This document shows, in pieces, positions 1-8,327 of a DNA stretch of 48,310 bases. Numbering within the stretch: the first letter of the stretch is position 1; each line of letters starts with the position of its first letter. Source of the DNA: Thermoleophilaceae bacterium (lineage in GTDB: Bacteria; Actinomycetota; Thermoleophilia; Solirubrobacterales; Thermoleophilaceae). Where the stretch lies: positions 1 through 48,310 of the forward strand of contig JBKGUS010000155.1 in assembly GCA_046462295.1 (NCBI GenBank), given 5' to 3'. Below the pieces are notes generated by a model. That model ran no database searches and had not been told where the DNA came from. It worked only from the letters and a program-made list of their open reading frames with translations. The translations under genes and the position numbers were made by a program.

Positions 1-536
1 ACCTCGGCGGCGGGCTCGCCATCGCCTACTTCTCCGACCAGCAGCCGCCGGCGGTCGACGAGTACGTCGAGACCCTACTGGGGGGCGCGCCGAAGAACGT
101 GACCGTCCTGTGCGAGCCGGGCCGGTCGTTGGTGGGCAACGCCGGCGTGACGATCTACACGGTTGGGACGGTCAAGCGGATCCCCGGGATCCGCACCTAC
201 GTCTCGGTCGACGGGGGCATGTCCGACAATCTGCGCCCGATGCTCTACGGCGCCCGCTACGAGGCGGAGATCGCGTCGCGCTTCGGGGGCGAGCAGGACT
301 GCACGATCGCGGGCAAGCACTGCGAGTCGGGCGACATCCTCGTCCGCGACGCCAAGCTCGACCACCCGCGGCCCGGCGACGTGCTCGTGATCCCCGCCAC
401 CGGCGCCTACGGACACGCCATGGCGAACAACTACAACGCGCTGCCGCGACCGCCGGTCGTGTTCTGCCGCGACGGCGACGCCCGCCTCGTGGTGCGGCGC
501 GAGACCTACGACGACCTGACCGCCCGGGATGCCTGA
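1..536 (+). CDS. lysA: diaminopimelate decarboxylase, C-terminal part (5' end outside window)
   Basis: Reading frame is open from the window edge (LGGGLAIAYF...). CEPGRSLVGNAG, CTIAGKHCESGDIL and ATGAYGHAMANNYN match the C-terminal half of PLP-dependent DAP decarboxylases. The TGA at 534-536 overlaps the hom ATG at 529. Confidence 0.9.
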   Translation, partial: LGGGLAIAYFSDQQPPAVDEYVETLLGGAPKNVTVLCEPGRSLVGNAGVTIYTVGTVKRIPGIRTYVSVDGGMSDNLRPMLYGARYEAEIASRFGGEQDCTIAGKHCESGDILVRDAKLDHPRPGDVLVIPATGAYGHAMANNYNALPRPPVVFCRDGDARLVVRRETYDDLTARDA

Positions 537-1746
537 CTTCAGGGTCGGCCTGCTCGGCCACGGCACGGTCGGATCGTCGTTCGCTCGCCTGCTCGAGGAG
601 CGCGCCGACGCGATCGAGGCCGAGGTCGGGATGCGGCCGCGGCTGTCCGGCGTGCTGACCCGCAGCCGCGGCGACTTCGGCGAGATCCTCGAGGGCAGCG
701 ACCTCGTCGTCGAGCTGATGGGCGGGATCGAGCCGACGCGCGAGTACGTGCTGCGCGCGATGGAGGCCGGCCGGCATGTGGTCACGGCGAACAAGCAGCT
801 GCTGTCGCAGCACGGAGAGGAGGTGTTCGACGCCGCCCGTCGCGGCGGGGTGCAGCTGCGCTTCGAGGGGGCGGTGGCGGGCATCGTGCCGGCCATCCGG
901 GTCATGGCGGAGACGCTCGCCGCGGCGCACATCGAGCGCGTCCACGGGATCGTGAACGGCACCACCAACTACATCCTCACGCAGATGGCGGCGACCGGCG
1001 CGACCTACGCGGAGGCGCTCGCCGAGGCGCAGGAGCTGGGCTATGCCGAGGCCGATCCGACCGAGGACGTGACCGGCAAGGACGCCGCCGCCAAGATGGC
1101 GATCCTGGCTCGGCTCGCATTCAGCGCGGCGGTGCGGCTCGACCAGGTGAGCTACGAGGGGATCGAGCGGATCACGCCGGACGACATCGCCTACGCGCGC
1201 GAGCTGGGGCTGGCGCTGAAGCTGGTCGGGTCCGCGGAGAGGGTGGACGGTGCCGTGGCCGTGCACGTGTACCCCGCCTTTCTCTACGCCGAGCATCCGC
1301 TGGCGAGCGTGAACGGCGCCTTCAACGCCGTGACGATCGAGTCGCCCGCGATCACCGAGATCACGCTGAGCGGGCCCGGCGCGGGTGGGATCCAGACCGC
1401 CTCCGCCGTGCTCGGCGACGTGATCTCGGCGATGATCCCGCCGCCGTCGCTGCCGCCGCCGGCCGTGGAGCAGCCGATCGTCACGGACGTCGAGTTCTCC
1501 TTCTACGTCCACCTCGAGGTGGCCGACCGGCCGGGGGTGCTCGCCCAGATCGCCGAGATCCTCGGACTGCAGGGTGTCTCGATCCGCTCGGTGGTGCAGA
1601 AGGGGCTGGGCGACGAGGCGCGGCTAGTGATGGTCATGCACCCGGTGCTCGAGTCGAAGTTCCGCGCCGCCGTGCAGATGATCGCGCGGCTCGACTTCGT
1701 GCGGGAGCCGCCCCGGGTGATCCGGGTGATCGAGGAGACGTTCTGA
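529..1746 (+). CDS. hom: homoserine dehydrogenase
   Basis: 405-aa ORF. It has an N-terminal dinucleotide fold ([10 protein letters not shown]), a homoserine dehydrogenase core ([32 protein letters not shown]) and a C-terminal ACT-like domain ([21 protein letters not shown]). Operon context lysA-hom-thrC-thrB. Confidence 0.93.
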   Translation: MPDFRVGLLGHGTVGSSFARLLEERADAIEAEVGMRPRLSGVLTRSRGDFGEILEGSDLVVELMGGIEPTREYVLRAMEAGRHVVTANKQLLSQHGEEVFDAARRGGVQLRFEGAVAGIVPAIRVMAETLAAAHIERVHGIVNGTTNYILTQMAATGATYAEALAEAQELGYAEADPTEDVTGKDAAAKMAILARLAFSAAVRLDQVSYEGIERITPDDIAYARELGLALKLVGSAERVDGAVAVHVYPAFLYAEHPLASVNGAFNAVTIESPAITEITLSGPGAGGIQTASAVLGDVISAMIPPPSLPPPAVEQPIVTDVEFSFYVHLEVADRPGVLAQIAEILGLQGVSIRSVVQKGLGDEARLVMVMHPVLESKFRAAVQMIARLDFVREPPRVIRVIEETF

Positions 1747-2735
1747 GCCTCTGGCGCTACCGGGACCGGCTGCCAGTCGACCCGCTCGTGACGATGGGGG
1801 AGGGGGACACCCCGCTGGTGCAGGCGCCGCACCTCTCGCAGGTGACCGGCTGCGACGTTTGGCTGAAGCTCGAGGGCGCCAACCCGACCGGCTCGTTCAA
1901 GGACCGCGGGATGACGGTGGCGGTGTCGGCCGCTGTCGCCGAGGGGGCCGAGGCGGTGGTGTGCGCCTCGACCGGGAACACGGCGGCGAGCGCGGCGGCC
2001 TACGCGGCGCGGGCCGGGCTGCGTGGTGCGGTGATCGTGCCGGAGGGGAAGATCGCCACCGGAAAGCTGGCCCAGGCGCTGATGCACGGGGCGCGCGTGA
2101 TCGCGCTGAGGGGGAACTTCGACCAGGCGTTGTCGCTGGTCCGCGAGCTGGCTTCGCGGCATCCGATCTCGCTCGTCAACTCGGTGAACGACTACCGCGT
2201 GGAGGGGCAGAAGACCGGGGCGTTCGAGGTGTGCGACTCGCTCGGCGAGGCGCCGGACGTGCTGTGCATCCCGGTCGGCAACGCCGGCAACGTGACCTCG
2301 TGGTGGAAGGGCTTCCAGGAGTACGGGACGGCGCCGCGGCTGCACGGCTACCAGGCCGATGGCGCAGCGCCGCTCGTGCACGGGGCGCCGGTGGAGCAGC
2401 CGGAGACGGTGGCGTCGGCGATCCGGATCGGGAACCCGGCGCGGTGGGAGGACGCGATGAACGCGTTCACGGCATCGCGCGGGGAGGTGCGGGCGGTGTC
2501 GGACGCCGAGATCCTCGACGCGTACGCGCTCTTGGGTTCGCGCGAGGGGATCTTCTGCGAGCCGGCGTCGGCGGCCTCGGTCGCCGGGCTGCTGCGGTAC
2601 GGGGCGGAGGGCCGGGTGGTGTGCGTATTGACCGGCCACGGTCTGAAGGACCCGCAGACGGCGATGAACCGGGCGGCGTCGGTGGTGCCCTGCGCGCCGG
2701 ACATCGACGGCGTGGAGCGGGCGGTGCTGGGGTGA
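1743..2735 (+). CDS. thrC: threonine synthase (start proposed at CTG 1743; conservative alternative is GTG 1788)
   Basis: PLP-lysine motif [11 protein letters not shown], plus [16 protein letters not shown] and VGNAGN. The conserved N-terminal motif (W)RYRDRLPV is encoded at 1752-1778. That is upstream of the first canonical start in frame (GTG 1788), in a stretch with coding-like GC3 that no other gene covers. The only start-like codon is CTG 1743, which overlaps the hom TGA (CTGA). Confidence 0.9.
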   Translation: MSLWRYRDRLPVDPLVTMGEGDTPLVQAPHLSQVTGCDVWLKLEGANPTGSFKDRGMTVAVSAAVAEGAEAVVCASTGNTAASAAAYAARAGLRGAVIVPEGKIATGKLAQALMHGARVIALRGNFDQALSLVRELASRHPISLVNSVNDYRVEGQKTGAFEVCDSLGEAPDVLCIPVGNAGNVTSWWKGFQEYGTAPRLHGYQADGAAPLVHGAPVEQPETVASAIRIGNPARWEDAMNAFTASRGEVRAVSDAEILDAYALLGSREGIFCEPASAASVAGLLRYGAEGRVVCVLTGHGLKDPQTAMNRAASVVPCAPDIDGVERAVLG

Positions 2736-3586
2736 ACCGGCACCGCATCGTGCGGGTTCCCGCTTCGAGCGCGAACCTCGGGCCGGGCTACGACGTGCTC
2801 GCCGCCGCGCTTGAGATCGAGCTCGAGTTGGAGGTCGAGGAGACCGGCTCCTTCTCGGTGGAGTGCGACCTGCCGGGCGTCCCGCTCGACCGGAGCAACC
2901 TGTGCGTGCGCGCCTTCGAGCGGCTGCATCCGGCCGAAGGACTGCGCTTCGCGATTCGATCCGAGATCCCACCGGCGGCCGGGCTCGGCTCGAGCGCGGC
3001 GGCGATCGTGGCCGGGCTCAGCGCCGCCGATCACATGTACGAGCTGGACGCGCCGCTGTTCGAGCACGCCGTCGCGCTCGAGGGCCATCCGGACAACGTG
3101 GGGGCGGCGCTGCTGGGCGGCTTCGTGATCTGCACGGGCAACGGTGAGCCGGTGCGCTTCGACCCCGCGCCCGGCCTGGAGGGAGTGCTTGTGATCCCGC
3201 CCGAGGAGGTGCCGACGACCGAGGCCCGCGCCGCGATGCCGGAAGAGGTGCCACTCGCCGAGGCGGTCCACAACGTGGGGCACGCGTCGCTGCTGGTGCT
3301 GGGTCTCGCGAAGGACGACTTCTCGCTGATCGGCCGCGGCCTCCGCGACCTGCTGCACCAGCCCCGCCGCCGCCCGCTGTACCCGTTCTCGATGGACCTG
3401 GTGGACCGAGCGGAGGAGCTGGGCGCTGTGGGAGCGACGATCTCCGGAGCCGGCCCGACCGTCCTGTTCTGGTGCCACTGGCAGCAGACCGGAACGCTGG
3501 TGGAGCGCCTCCGAACTGAGGCCGCCGACTGCGCGGTGCGCAGGGTGACGTTCTCGCCCGGCGGCGCGGACGTACGCGCGCTCTGA
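2732..3586 (+). CDS. thrB: homoserine kinase
   Basis: This is the real part of track ORF 1859..3586. GTG 2732 overlaps the thrC TGA (GTGA). It has the homoserine kinase N-terminus [13 protein letters not shown], the GHMP kinase motif [16 protein letters not shown], and ISGAGPTV. Confidence 0.9.
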   Translation: MNRHRIVRVPASSANLGPGYDVLAAALEIELELEVEETGSFSVECDLPGVPLDRSNLCVRAFERLHPAEGLRFAIRSEIPPAAGLGSSAAAIVAGLSAADHMYELDAPLFEHAVALEGHPDNVGAALLGGFVICTGNGEPVRFDPAPGLEGVLVIPPEEVPTTEARAAMPEEVPLAEAVHNVGHASLLVLGLAKDDFSLIGRGLRDLLHQPRRRPLYPFSMDLVDRAEELGAVGATISGAGPTVLFWCHWQQTGTLVERLRTEAADCAVRRVTFSPGGADVRAL

Positions 3587-3600
3587 GACAGGGGAGCGCG

Positions 3601-3622
3601 GGTCGCTCGGAACTCAGCGACC
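3601..3622 (+). terminator. candidate stem-loop terminator after thrB
   Basis: GGTCGCT cggaactc AGCGACC is a 7-bp perfect stem (extendable with a bulge) lying 15 nt after the thrB stop. There is no T-tract, so this is a weak call. It lies between convergent transcription units. Confidence 0.35.
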
Positions 3623-3786
3623 GCCGCGAACGTAGTCCAGCGCGCGACTCAAGGCGTGGGGAGCGCCCGGCAGCTTCATCGGCTTCGGCAGACTCGACCG
3701 AATCGGACGCGACACGCGTCCCTCCACGATCAACTGGCAAAGGTGCGGATGGCTCATCTGGATGAACGTAGGCGGTTGCACGTGGG

Positions 3787-4223
3787 TCACCTGACCCGAA
3801 AGCCGGCGCTCGCCGGCGAAGAGACAAGCTCGTCCCCACTGATCGCGTGGGCGGTCAGCCGGTAGGAACCTGCCGGGAGCGCGCGGCCGCGCAGCCTCCC
3901 GGTGAGGCGGAAGCGGTTGAGGCCGCGACGCCCCGAATCGCGAACCGGCCCATTTCGCGCGGGCTGCTCACCCGAAATTCGACCTTCGCCGAGTGGGACA
4001 GGCGGAATCTGATCGACGTGCCAGCTCGGCCCGTGCGCATGATCGCGGGGCCTTTCTTCGCCGCCCTGAAGCTGCTCGGGGAGATGGTGAGGCCCTTAAG
4101 AGTGAGCGGGCGCACGCGCGGCGGTCCCGAGGGTCGCGGCGGCACCGCCGCTGGTCGCGTCCGCCACGAAGCCGCCAAACAGGATGGAAGTGACCATGCC
4201 CACGGAACTCCGTGGGCGCTCAT
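3787..4223 (-). pseudogene. disrupted gene for a small secreted beta-sandwich-type protein (reading frame changes twice)
   Basis: Three segments look like coding sequence, and they lie in two frames. Segment 1 runs from ATG 4197 (MVTSILFGGFVADATSGGAAATLGTAARAP) in the frame that hits TAA at 4098-4096. Segment 2 is the middle part LTLKGLTISPSSFRAAKKGPAIMRTGRAGTSIRFRLSHSAKVEFRVS, in the frame of track ORF 3855..4445. Segment 3 is the tail GLNRFRLTGRLRGRALPAGSYRLTAHAISGDELVSSPASAGFRVR, back in the first frame and ending at TGA 3789-3787. GC3 is highest in the segment-specific frames. An alternative ATG at 4223 overlaps the stop of the upstream gene (ATGA). Confidence 0.45.
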
Positions 4224-4630
4224 CCTCGCCCCCGAGAGCGCCGCTGCATCACCACCCAGACCAGCACCAGCAGCAGGACCAGAAGCGGAAACAGCCAGGC
4301 CGCGACAAGGAGAACGATCGCGGTCGGCGGCACGGTCACGGCGAACACCAGCCACCGAAACCACGGCGTTCTGAGATCCGAGGCCCACCACAGGACGAGG
4401 CCGGCGGCGGCCAGCAGCAGCGCGAGGACCAGCCACTCCCTCCACGGCACGTAGGTGGAATGCCTCACCTCGCCGGCCGGCGTCGTGTACTCGCAGTCCG
4501 TCGCTCCGGGTGGCCAGAGCGAGTAAGACGTTCCGTACGAAGTCCGCTCCAAAGCACGGTAACCCGGGCAGAAGTCCTCAGGCTCCTGGGGGAACGGCAG
4601 TCCGAACCAGGTCCAGACGGCCGCGATCAA
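4220..4630 (-). CDS. hypothetical small integral membrane protein
   Basis: 136-aa ORF with a TTG start. Composition is W/F/L/V-rich rather than the R/A/G/P-rich composition of shadow ORFs. It has hydrophobic spans WLVLALLLAAAGLVLWWA and WLVFAVTVPPTAIVLLVAAWLFPLLVLLLVLVWVV, and GC3 is high. The start is uncertain: there is no SD before the TTG, and an internal GTG before RHSTYVPW is possible. Confidence 0.6.
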   Translation of the reverse strand: MIAAVWTWFGLPFPQEPEDFCPGYRALERTSYGTSYSLWPPGATDCEYTTPAGEVRHSTYVPWREWLVLALLLAAAGLVLWWASDLRTPWFRWLVFAVTVPPTAIVLLVAAWLFPLLVLLLVLVWVVMQRRSRGRG

Positions 4631-4645
4631 GATCAGGCCGACAGC

Positions 4646-4677
4646 GACGACGGGCCGCCAGAAGGCGGCCCGTCGTC
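4646..4677 (-). terminator. perfect 14-bp stem-loop downstream of the M14 peptidase gene
   Basis: GACGACGGGCCGCC agaa GGCGGCCCGTCGTC (4646-4659 / 4664-4677), 23 nt after the peptidase TAG and 16 nt before the TTG of the next gene. There is no U-tract, so it may be an attenuator or processing site rather than a full terminator. Confidence 0.5.
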
Positions 4678-4699
4678 CCTGCGATTTGACGTCGATCGG

Positions 4700-7600
4700 C
4701 TACTCCTGGAGTAGGTAGCCCACCGTCCTCGCCATGAGCTCGGCACGGTTCTCCGCACCGTCCACGCCCTCCAAGCCGAATCCGAAGAACAGCCCGAAGT
4801 CGGACTTCGTGACCGCGGCGTCCTCGAAGATCCGCTGAGAGCGGATCCAGTCGTTGACGTTGGTCGACGGTCCGGCGGGATGCGCTCCCGGCACCGTCCA
4901 GCCGCCCATGTCCGTCTCGAAGGACGTCTGGGCGACCTGCTGGCCGCCGACGGTGACCGTGGTGTCGTCCACCAGCACGCCCGGCGTGACGAGGGTGGCC
5001 CAGTCAGTGGCGAACACGATCGAGATCTCGATCTGCTGGCCCGCGTAGCGGGACAGGTCGATCGCCCATTCCTGGTAGCCGCCCGAGTTGCCCGAGGCGG
5101 CGTGCCACTCACCGGTGGTGCCGGTGGGTGTGCACGACCCGCCGCCGGCCGGGTCGTACGTCGTGTAGTGGCGGATCTGGTGGTGCAGCTCTTCCGACCA
5201 GCCGGAGGCGCAGCTCGAGCCGGTCGTCTGGGTCGTGTGGCCGTTGGCGTCGGGCAGCGTCGTGTAGTCGCCGTTGCCCGTGCCGTCCGCCTGCAGCGTC
5301 TGCGCCTCCACGAACAGGAAGTCCCAGTCGGACTCCGTGTTGTAGGAGGTGAAGAACCTCAGCTCCGAGACCTGCTCGGGCGTCGCGTTCCTCAGGTCGA
5401 TCGTCCGCGTCAGGCGCTTGTACCCCTCGTTGACATTCTGAGAGGTCATGTACCACTCGCCCGTGCGCGGATCGAACGGCTTCTCGCCGCCGGTCGCCCA
5501 GTCGGCCGCCTGGTCGCTGGCGAACTGCGGGTAGATCTCCGGATCGAGGATGCTCGACGTCACCAGGTGCGTGCCCGTGGTCGCGATGCCCGGTGCCACG
5601 AAGCCCTGGTTGCCGGCGCTGTCCTCTCCGTCGAACGTAGCGCTCCAGTTGTCCAGCGGTGCGGTCAGTCCGACCGCCGGCAGGACCGATCCGTCCGGGG
5701 CCAGGCCGCCGCCGTCCGAGCGAACGTACGAGCCCAGGTAGTACTGGGCGAAGTCGTTGCTCAGCGGCTGGCACTTGCCCTGATCGGTAGTGGCGAGGTT
5801 CCCGTCGCAGAAGGTGTTCGGGAAGCCCTCCTGCGGGTACTCCACGCCGTCCCACTGGCGGCCTGCGCTGTGGCCGGTGACCGCCACACGACCGCCCTCG
5901 TTGACGAAGTCGCGCACCGCGGTGATCGTGCGATGCGCCTCGAGGTCGGCCACGCCGCCCGCGTTCGGGTTGCGCGTGGTGAGGTCGTTACCCGTGTACC
6001 AGATGACCGCGTCGTAGTGGCTCAGCACTCCGAGCGGATCGGGCGCCTTCCGGCCCATGGCGTCGTAGTCGTACACGTCGAACTCGATGCCGTTGGCCGC
6101 GAGCGCGTCCGCGTAGTAGCTGAGGTAGAACGGCCCGTCCTCGGTCGGATAGGGCGGGGCGTCCAGGAATCCGGTGTAGTCCTCGACCGCGAGGACGAGC
6201 ACGTCGGCGCCGGAGTCGGACCGCACCGTGTAGGTGAACGACCTGCTCTTCCGGTTCCCCTTGGACGAGACGAACCAGACCTCGACCTCGTCCCCGGGAT
6301 CGGTCCCTCGGACCTGCCCACGCACGCGGTGGTACCAGTAGTCGCCTTCGTCGCCGTATCGCAGGCCGCCGTTCCACTCACGCGTCTCCGCGCTGCGGAC
6401 GCTGCCGCCGTTGATGCGGTACTTCACCGTAATCCCGCCGAGGTCCCGGCGGGCGTTCACCTGCACGGTCTGCGGGTCGCCGTACGAGACGTCGAACGTA
6501 TCGACCACGTAGTTCGGTGCCTCGTTGCCGATGTGGCTGTCGGGGCGCGTCACGTCCTCGGCCGACCGCGCGAGATCCAGCGCGAACTGCGTATGGCGCT
6601 CGAATTCGGCCTGCACGTCCGCCTCCACGTCCTGGAAGACGAACCCGCTCCCGCTCGCTGCGGGAGTGCCCTCGGGCGTGTACGAGATCGTCTCGTGGGC
6701 CGTGTAGAGGTGGTCGTTGGTGTCGCCGTTGGTGGTGTAGAGCTCGGCGCCTACCTCCGGGTCGAAGCCCGGGATGCCCGGGTTCTCGTCGTCGCCGGCG
6801 AGCGCCTCCATCAGCGGCTCGTCCGCGTAGCGGGTGTCGACCTGCCAGCCGGGCGGCCAGAGCAGCAGCCTCCCGTGCGTGTGGTCGTTCTTGTTATAGG
6901 CGAAGTCCACCCGGCGCGTGAGCGACAGGAAGGCCTGCGTCTCCGGCTCGGAGGCCGGTCCCGTGCCGTGGTACGTCTCGCCCGACGGATCGGAAGTCGA
7001 CCCCTCCTCGTCGTAGCGCCACTTGGTCGGGAAATTGCGGTTCAGGTCGACGCCGTCCGCGTTGGTGATCCGGCCGTCGTCGTTGTTGTCCCGCAGGTTC
7101 TTCCGCCACAGGCGGTTGGCCGGGTCGAACGTGTAGTCGTAGCCGTCCGGGTTCGCGACGAGGATGAACCACAGCTCGCGGGTGTTGACGAGCCTCGTGA
7201 TCTCGTCGGCGCTGACGCCGGCGATCGGCTGGTTATCGGTGCCGACGGCCGTGCCCTCTCGGTCGTAGTTGTCGAGGAACATGCGCAGCGTGCGGCGGCC
7301 GGTCTCGCCGGCGAGCCACTCGCGCGCGTGCTGCAGCGACGAGTAGAGCACCGCCGGACGGCGCCCGTCGCGCGTCTCGCGGGCGTTCTTGGTGACCTTC
7401 ATCGCGTAGATCGGGACGCCGTTCACCGAGTGCCCGATCGTCTGCAGCTCAGCGATGTGGGAGTACCGCTGGGCAAGGTTCTCCAGCTGAGACTTGATGT
7501 TGGCGGTGGGGTTGCCCGCCGCACCCGACACGGGGACGTCGGTGCGGGCGTAGGGCCGCCAGACCTGCCAGCCGTCGGCCGCCTGCGCCGCCGCGATCCG

Positions 7601-7870
7601 GCTGGCGCCGCGTCCGCGGCGGTCCACCAGGCGCTTGGCCTTCACGCCTGCCTTTCGAAGCTTTGCGACCTGACCGCGCGTTCCCACGATCTCGATCGAC
7701 CGGGAGCGCTGGCCCTCGGTGATGTCGAAGCCCTGCTCCTTCAGCACTCGCAGCTGCTTGGCTCCGCCGAGCTTGACGCTGTACGCGTCGAGCCTGGCTG
7801 CCGAAGCGGATACGGCGAGCGCAAGGGTAAGAAGCACCGCGACAGCGGCGCCTAAGCCCCAACGAGTCAT
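4700..7870 (-). CDS. secreted zinc carboxypeptidase, M14 family, with a long C-terminal extension
   Basis: Start trimmed to ATG 7870, which is preceded by GGAGGGGG and gives the signal peptide MTRWGLGAAVAVLLTLALAVSASAA. M14 motifs are present: HAREWLAGE (HxxE zinc site), NPDGYDYTF, RLWRKNLRD and VDLNRNFP. About 600 further residues follow, including a beta-sandwich-like tail (ESDWDFLFVEAQT). Confidence 0.88.
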   Translation of the reverse strand: MTRWGLGAAVAVLLTLALAVSASAARLDAYSVKLGGAKQLRVLKEQGFDITEGQRSRSIEIVGTRGQVAKLRKAGVKAKRLVDRRGRGASRIAAAQAADGWQVWRPYARTDVPVSGAAGNPTANIKSQLENLAQRYSHIAELQTIGHSVNGVPIYAMKVTKNARETRDGRRPAVLYSSLQHAREWLAGETGRRTLRMFLDNYDREGTAVGTDNQPIAGVSADEITRLVNTRELWFILVANPDGYDYTFDPANRLWRKNLRDNNDDGRITNADGVDLNRNFPTKWRYDEEGSTSDPSGETYHGTGPASEPETQAFLSLTRRVDFAYNKNDHTHGRLLLWPPGWQVDTRYADEPLMEALAGDDENPGIPGFDPEVGAELYTTNGDTNDHLYTAHETISYTPEGTPAASGSGFVFQDVEADVQAEFERHTQFALDLARSAEDVTRPDSHIGNEAPNYVVDTFDVSYGDPQTVQVNARRDLGGITVKYRINGGSVRSAETREWNGGLRYGDEGDYWYHRVRGQVRGTDPGDEVEVWFVSSKGNRKSRSFTYTVRSDSGADVLVLAVEDYTGFLDAPPYPTEDGPFYLSYYADALAANGIEFDVYDYDAMGRKAPDPLGVLSHYDAVIWYTGNDLTTRNPNAGGVADLEAHRTITAVRDFVNEGGRVAVTGHSAGRQWDGVEYPQEGFPNTFCDGNLATTDQGKCQPLSNDFAQYYLGSYVRSDGGGLAPDGSVLPAVGLTAPLDNWSATFDGEDSAGNQGFVAPGIATTGTHLVTSSILDPEIYPQFASDQAADWATGGEKPFDPRTGEWYMTSQNVNEGYKRLTRTIDLRNATPEQVSELRFFTSYNTESDWDFLFVEAQTLQADGTGNGDYTTLPDANGHTTQTTGSSCASGWSEELHHQIRHYTTYDPAGGGSCTPTGTTGEWHAASGNSGGYQEWAIDLSRYAGQQIEISIVFATDWATLVTPGVLVDDTTVTVGGQQVAQTSFETDMGGWTVPGAHPAGPSTNVNDWIRSQRIFEDAAVTKSDFGLFFGFGLEGVDGAENRAELMARTVGYLLQE

Positions 7871-7955
7871 TCCCCCTCCTCGGTAGTTAATGGGAGTCCA
7901 ACCGGACGCCCTACCCAGATCCCGCTCCGCCCAATCCTCCAATAGCGTGATTCTC

Positions 7956-8327
7956 ATGAACCGCGTTCATGCAGCCGGCGGGGTGGTCCTGCGCGACGGC
8001 CTGGTGGCGGTCGTGCACCGGCCGCGCTACGACGACTGGTCGCTTCCGAAGGGGAAGCTGGACCCGGACGAGTCCTTCGAGGAGGCGGCCCTGCGCGAGG
8101 TGGAGGAGGAGACCGGCCTGCGCTGCCGGCTGATACGGGAGCTGCCCACGGTCAGATACGACGTGCGCGGGCGCCGCAAGGAGGTCCGCTATTGGGCGAT
8201 GGAGGTCGAGGACGAAACCCCCTTCGTCCCGAACGAGGAGGTGGACCAGGTGCGCTGGGTCGAGCCGCAGGAGGCGCTCGCCCTCCTGAGCTACGATCGC
8301 GACCGGGAGCCCGTGCTGGCCCTCTGA
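7956..8327 (+). CDS. NUDIX hydrolase
   Basis: Nudix box GKLDPDESFEEAALREVEEETGL (Gx5Ex7REUxEExGU). Start trimmed to ATG 7956 (MNRVHAAGGVVL), because the upstream 22 codons overlap the divergent promoter region. Confidence 0.88.
   Translation: MNRVHAAGGVVLRDGLVAVVHRPRYDDWSLPKGKLDPDESFEEAALREVEEETGLRCRLIRELPTVRYDVRGRRKEVRYWAMEVEDETPFVPNEEVDQVRWVEPQEALALLSYDRDREPVLAL

Noticed and set aside
1859-3586. Track ORFs that fuse out-of-frame upstream sequence to real genes: 1859..3586, 13033..16734, 23596..26703, 25060..26472, 34288..36006, 35982..37508, 37169..38563, 21370..22425 and 22199..22966
   Set aside because: Only the 3' portions show family motifs and high GC3. The 5' portions overlap other well-supported genes. 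Starts were trimmed to internal ATG or GTG codons that have SD sequences or stop/start coupling.
3614-3790. 58-codon minus-strand ORF (MTHVQPPTFIQMSHPHLCQLIVEGRVSRPIRSS...) between thrB and the disrupted gene, and the plus-strand ORF 3656..3865
   Set aside because: There is no recognisable motif and no SD, and the local GC is lower. It may be a remnant, or 3' UTR of the convergent units. The evidence is insufficient to call a gene.
4880-7855. 991-aa ORF on the plus strand, antisense to the M14 peptidase gene
   Set aside because: Its composition is R/A/G/V/P-rich with no recognisable motif. It exists because the high GC3 of the real minus-strand gene removes stop codons from the opposite strand. 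The peptidase frame has clear family motifs.
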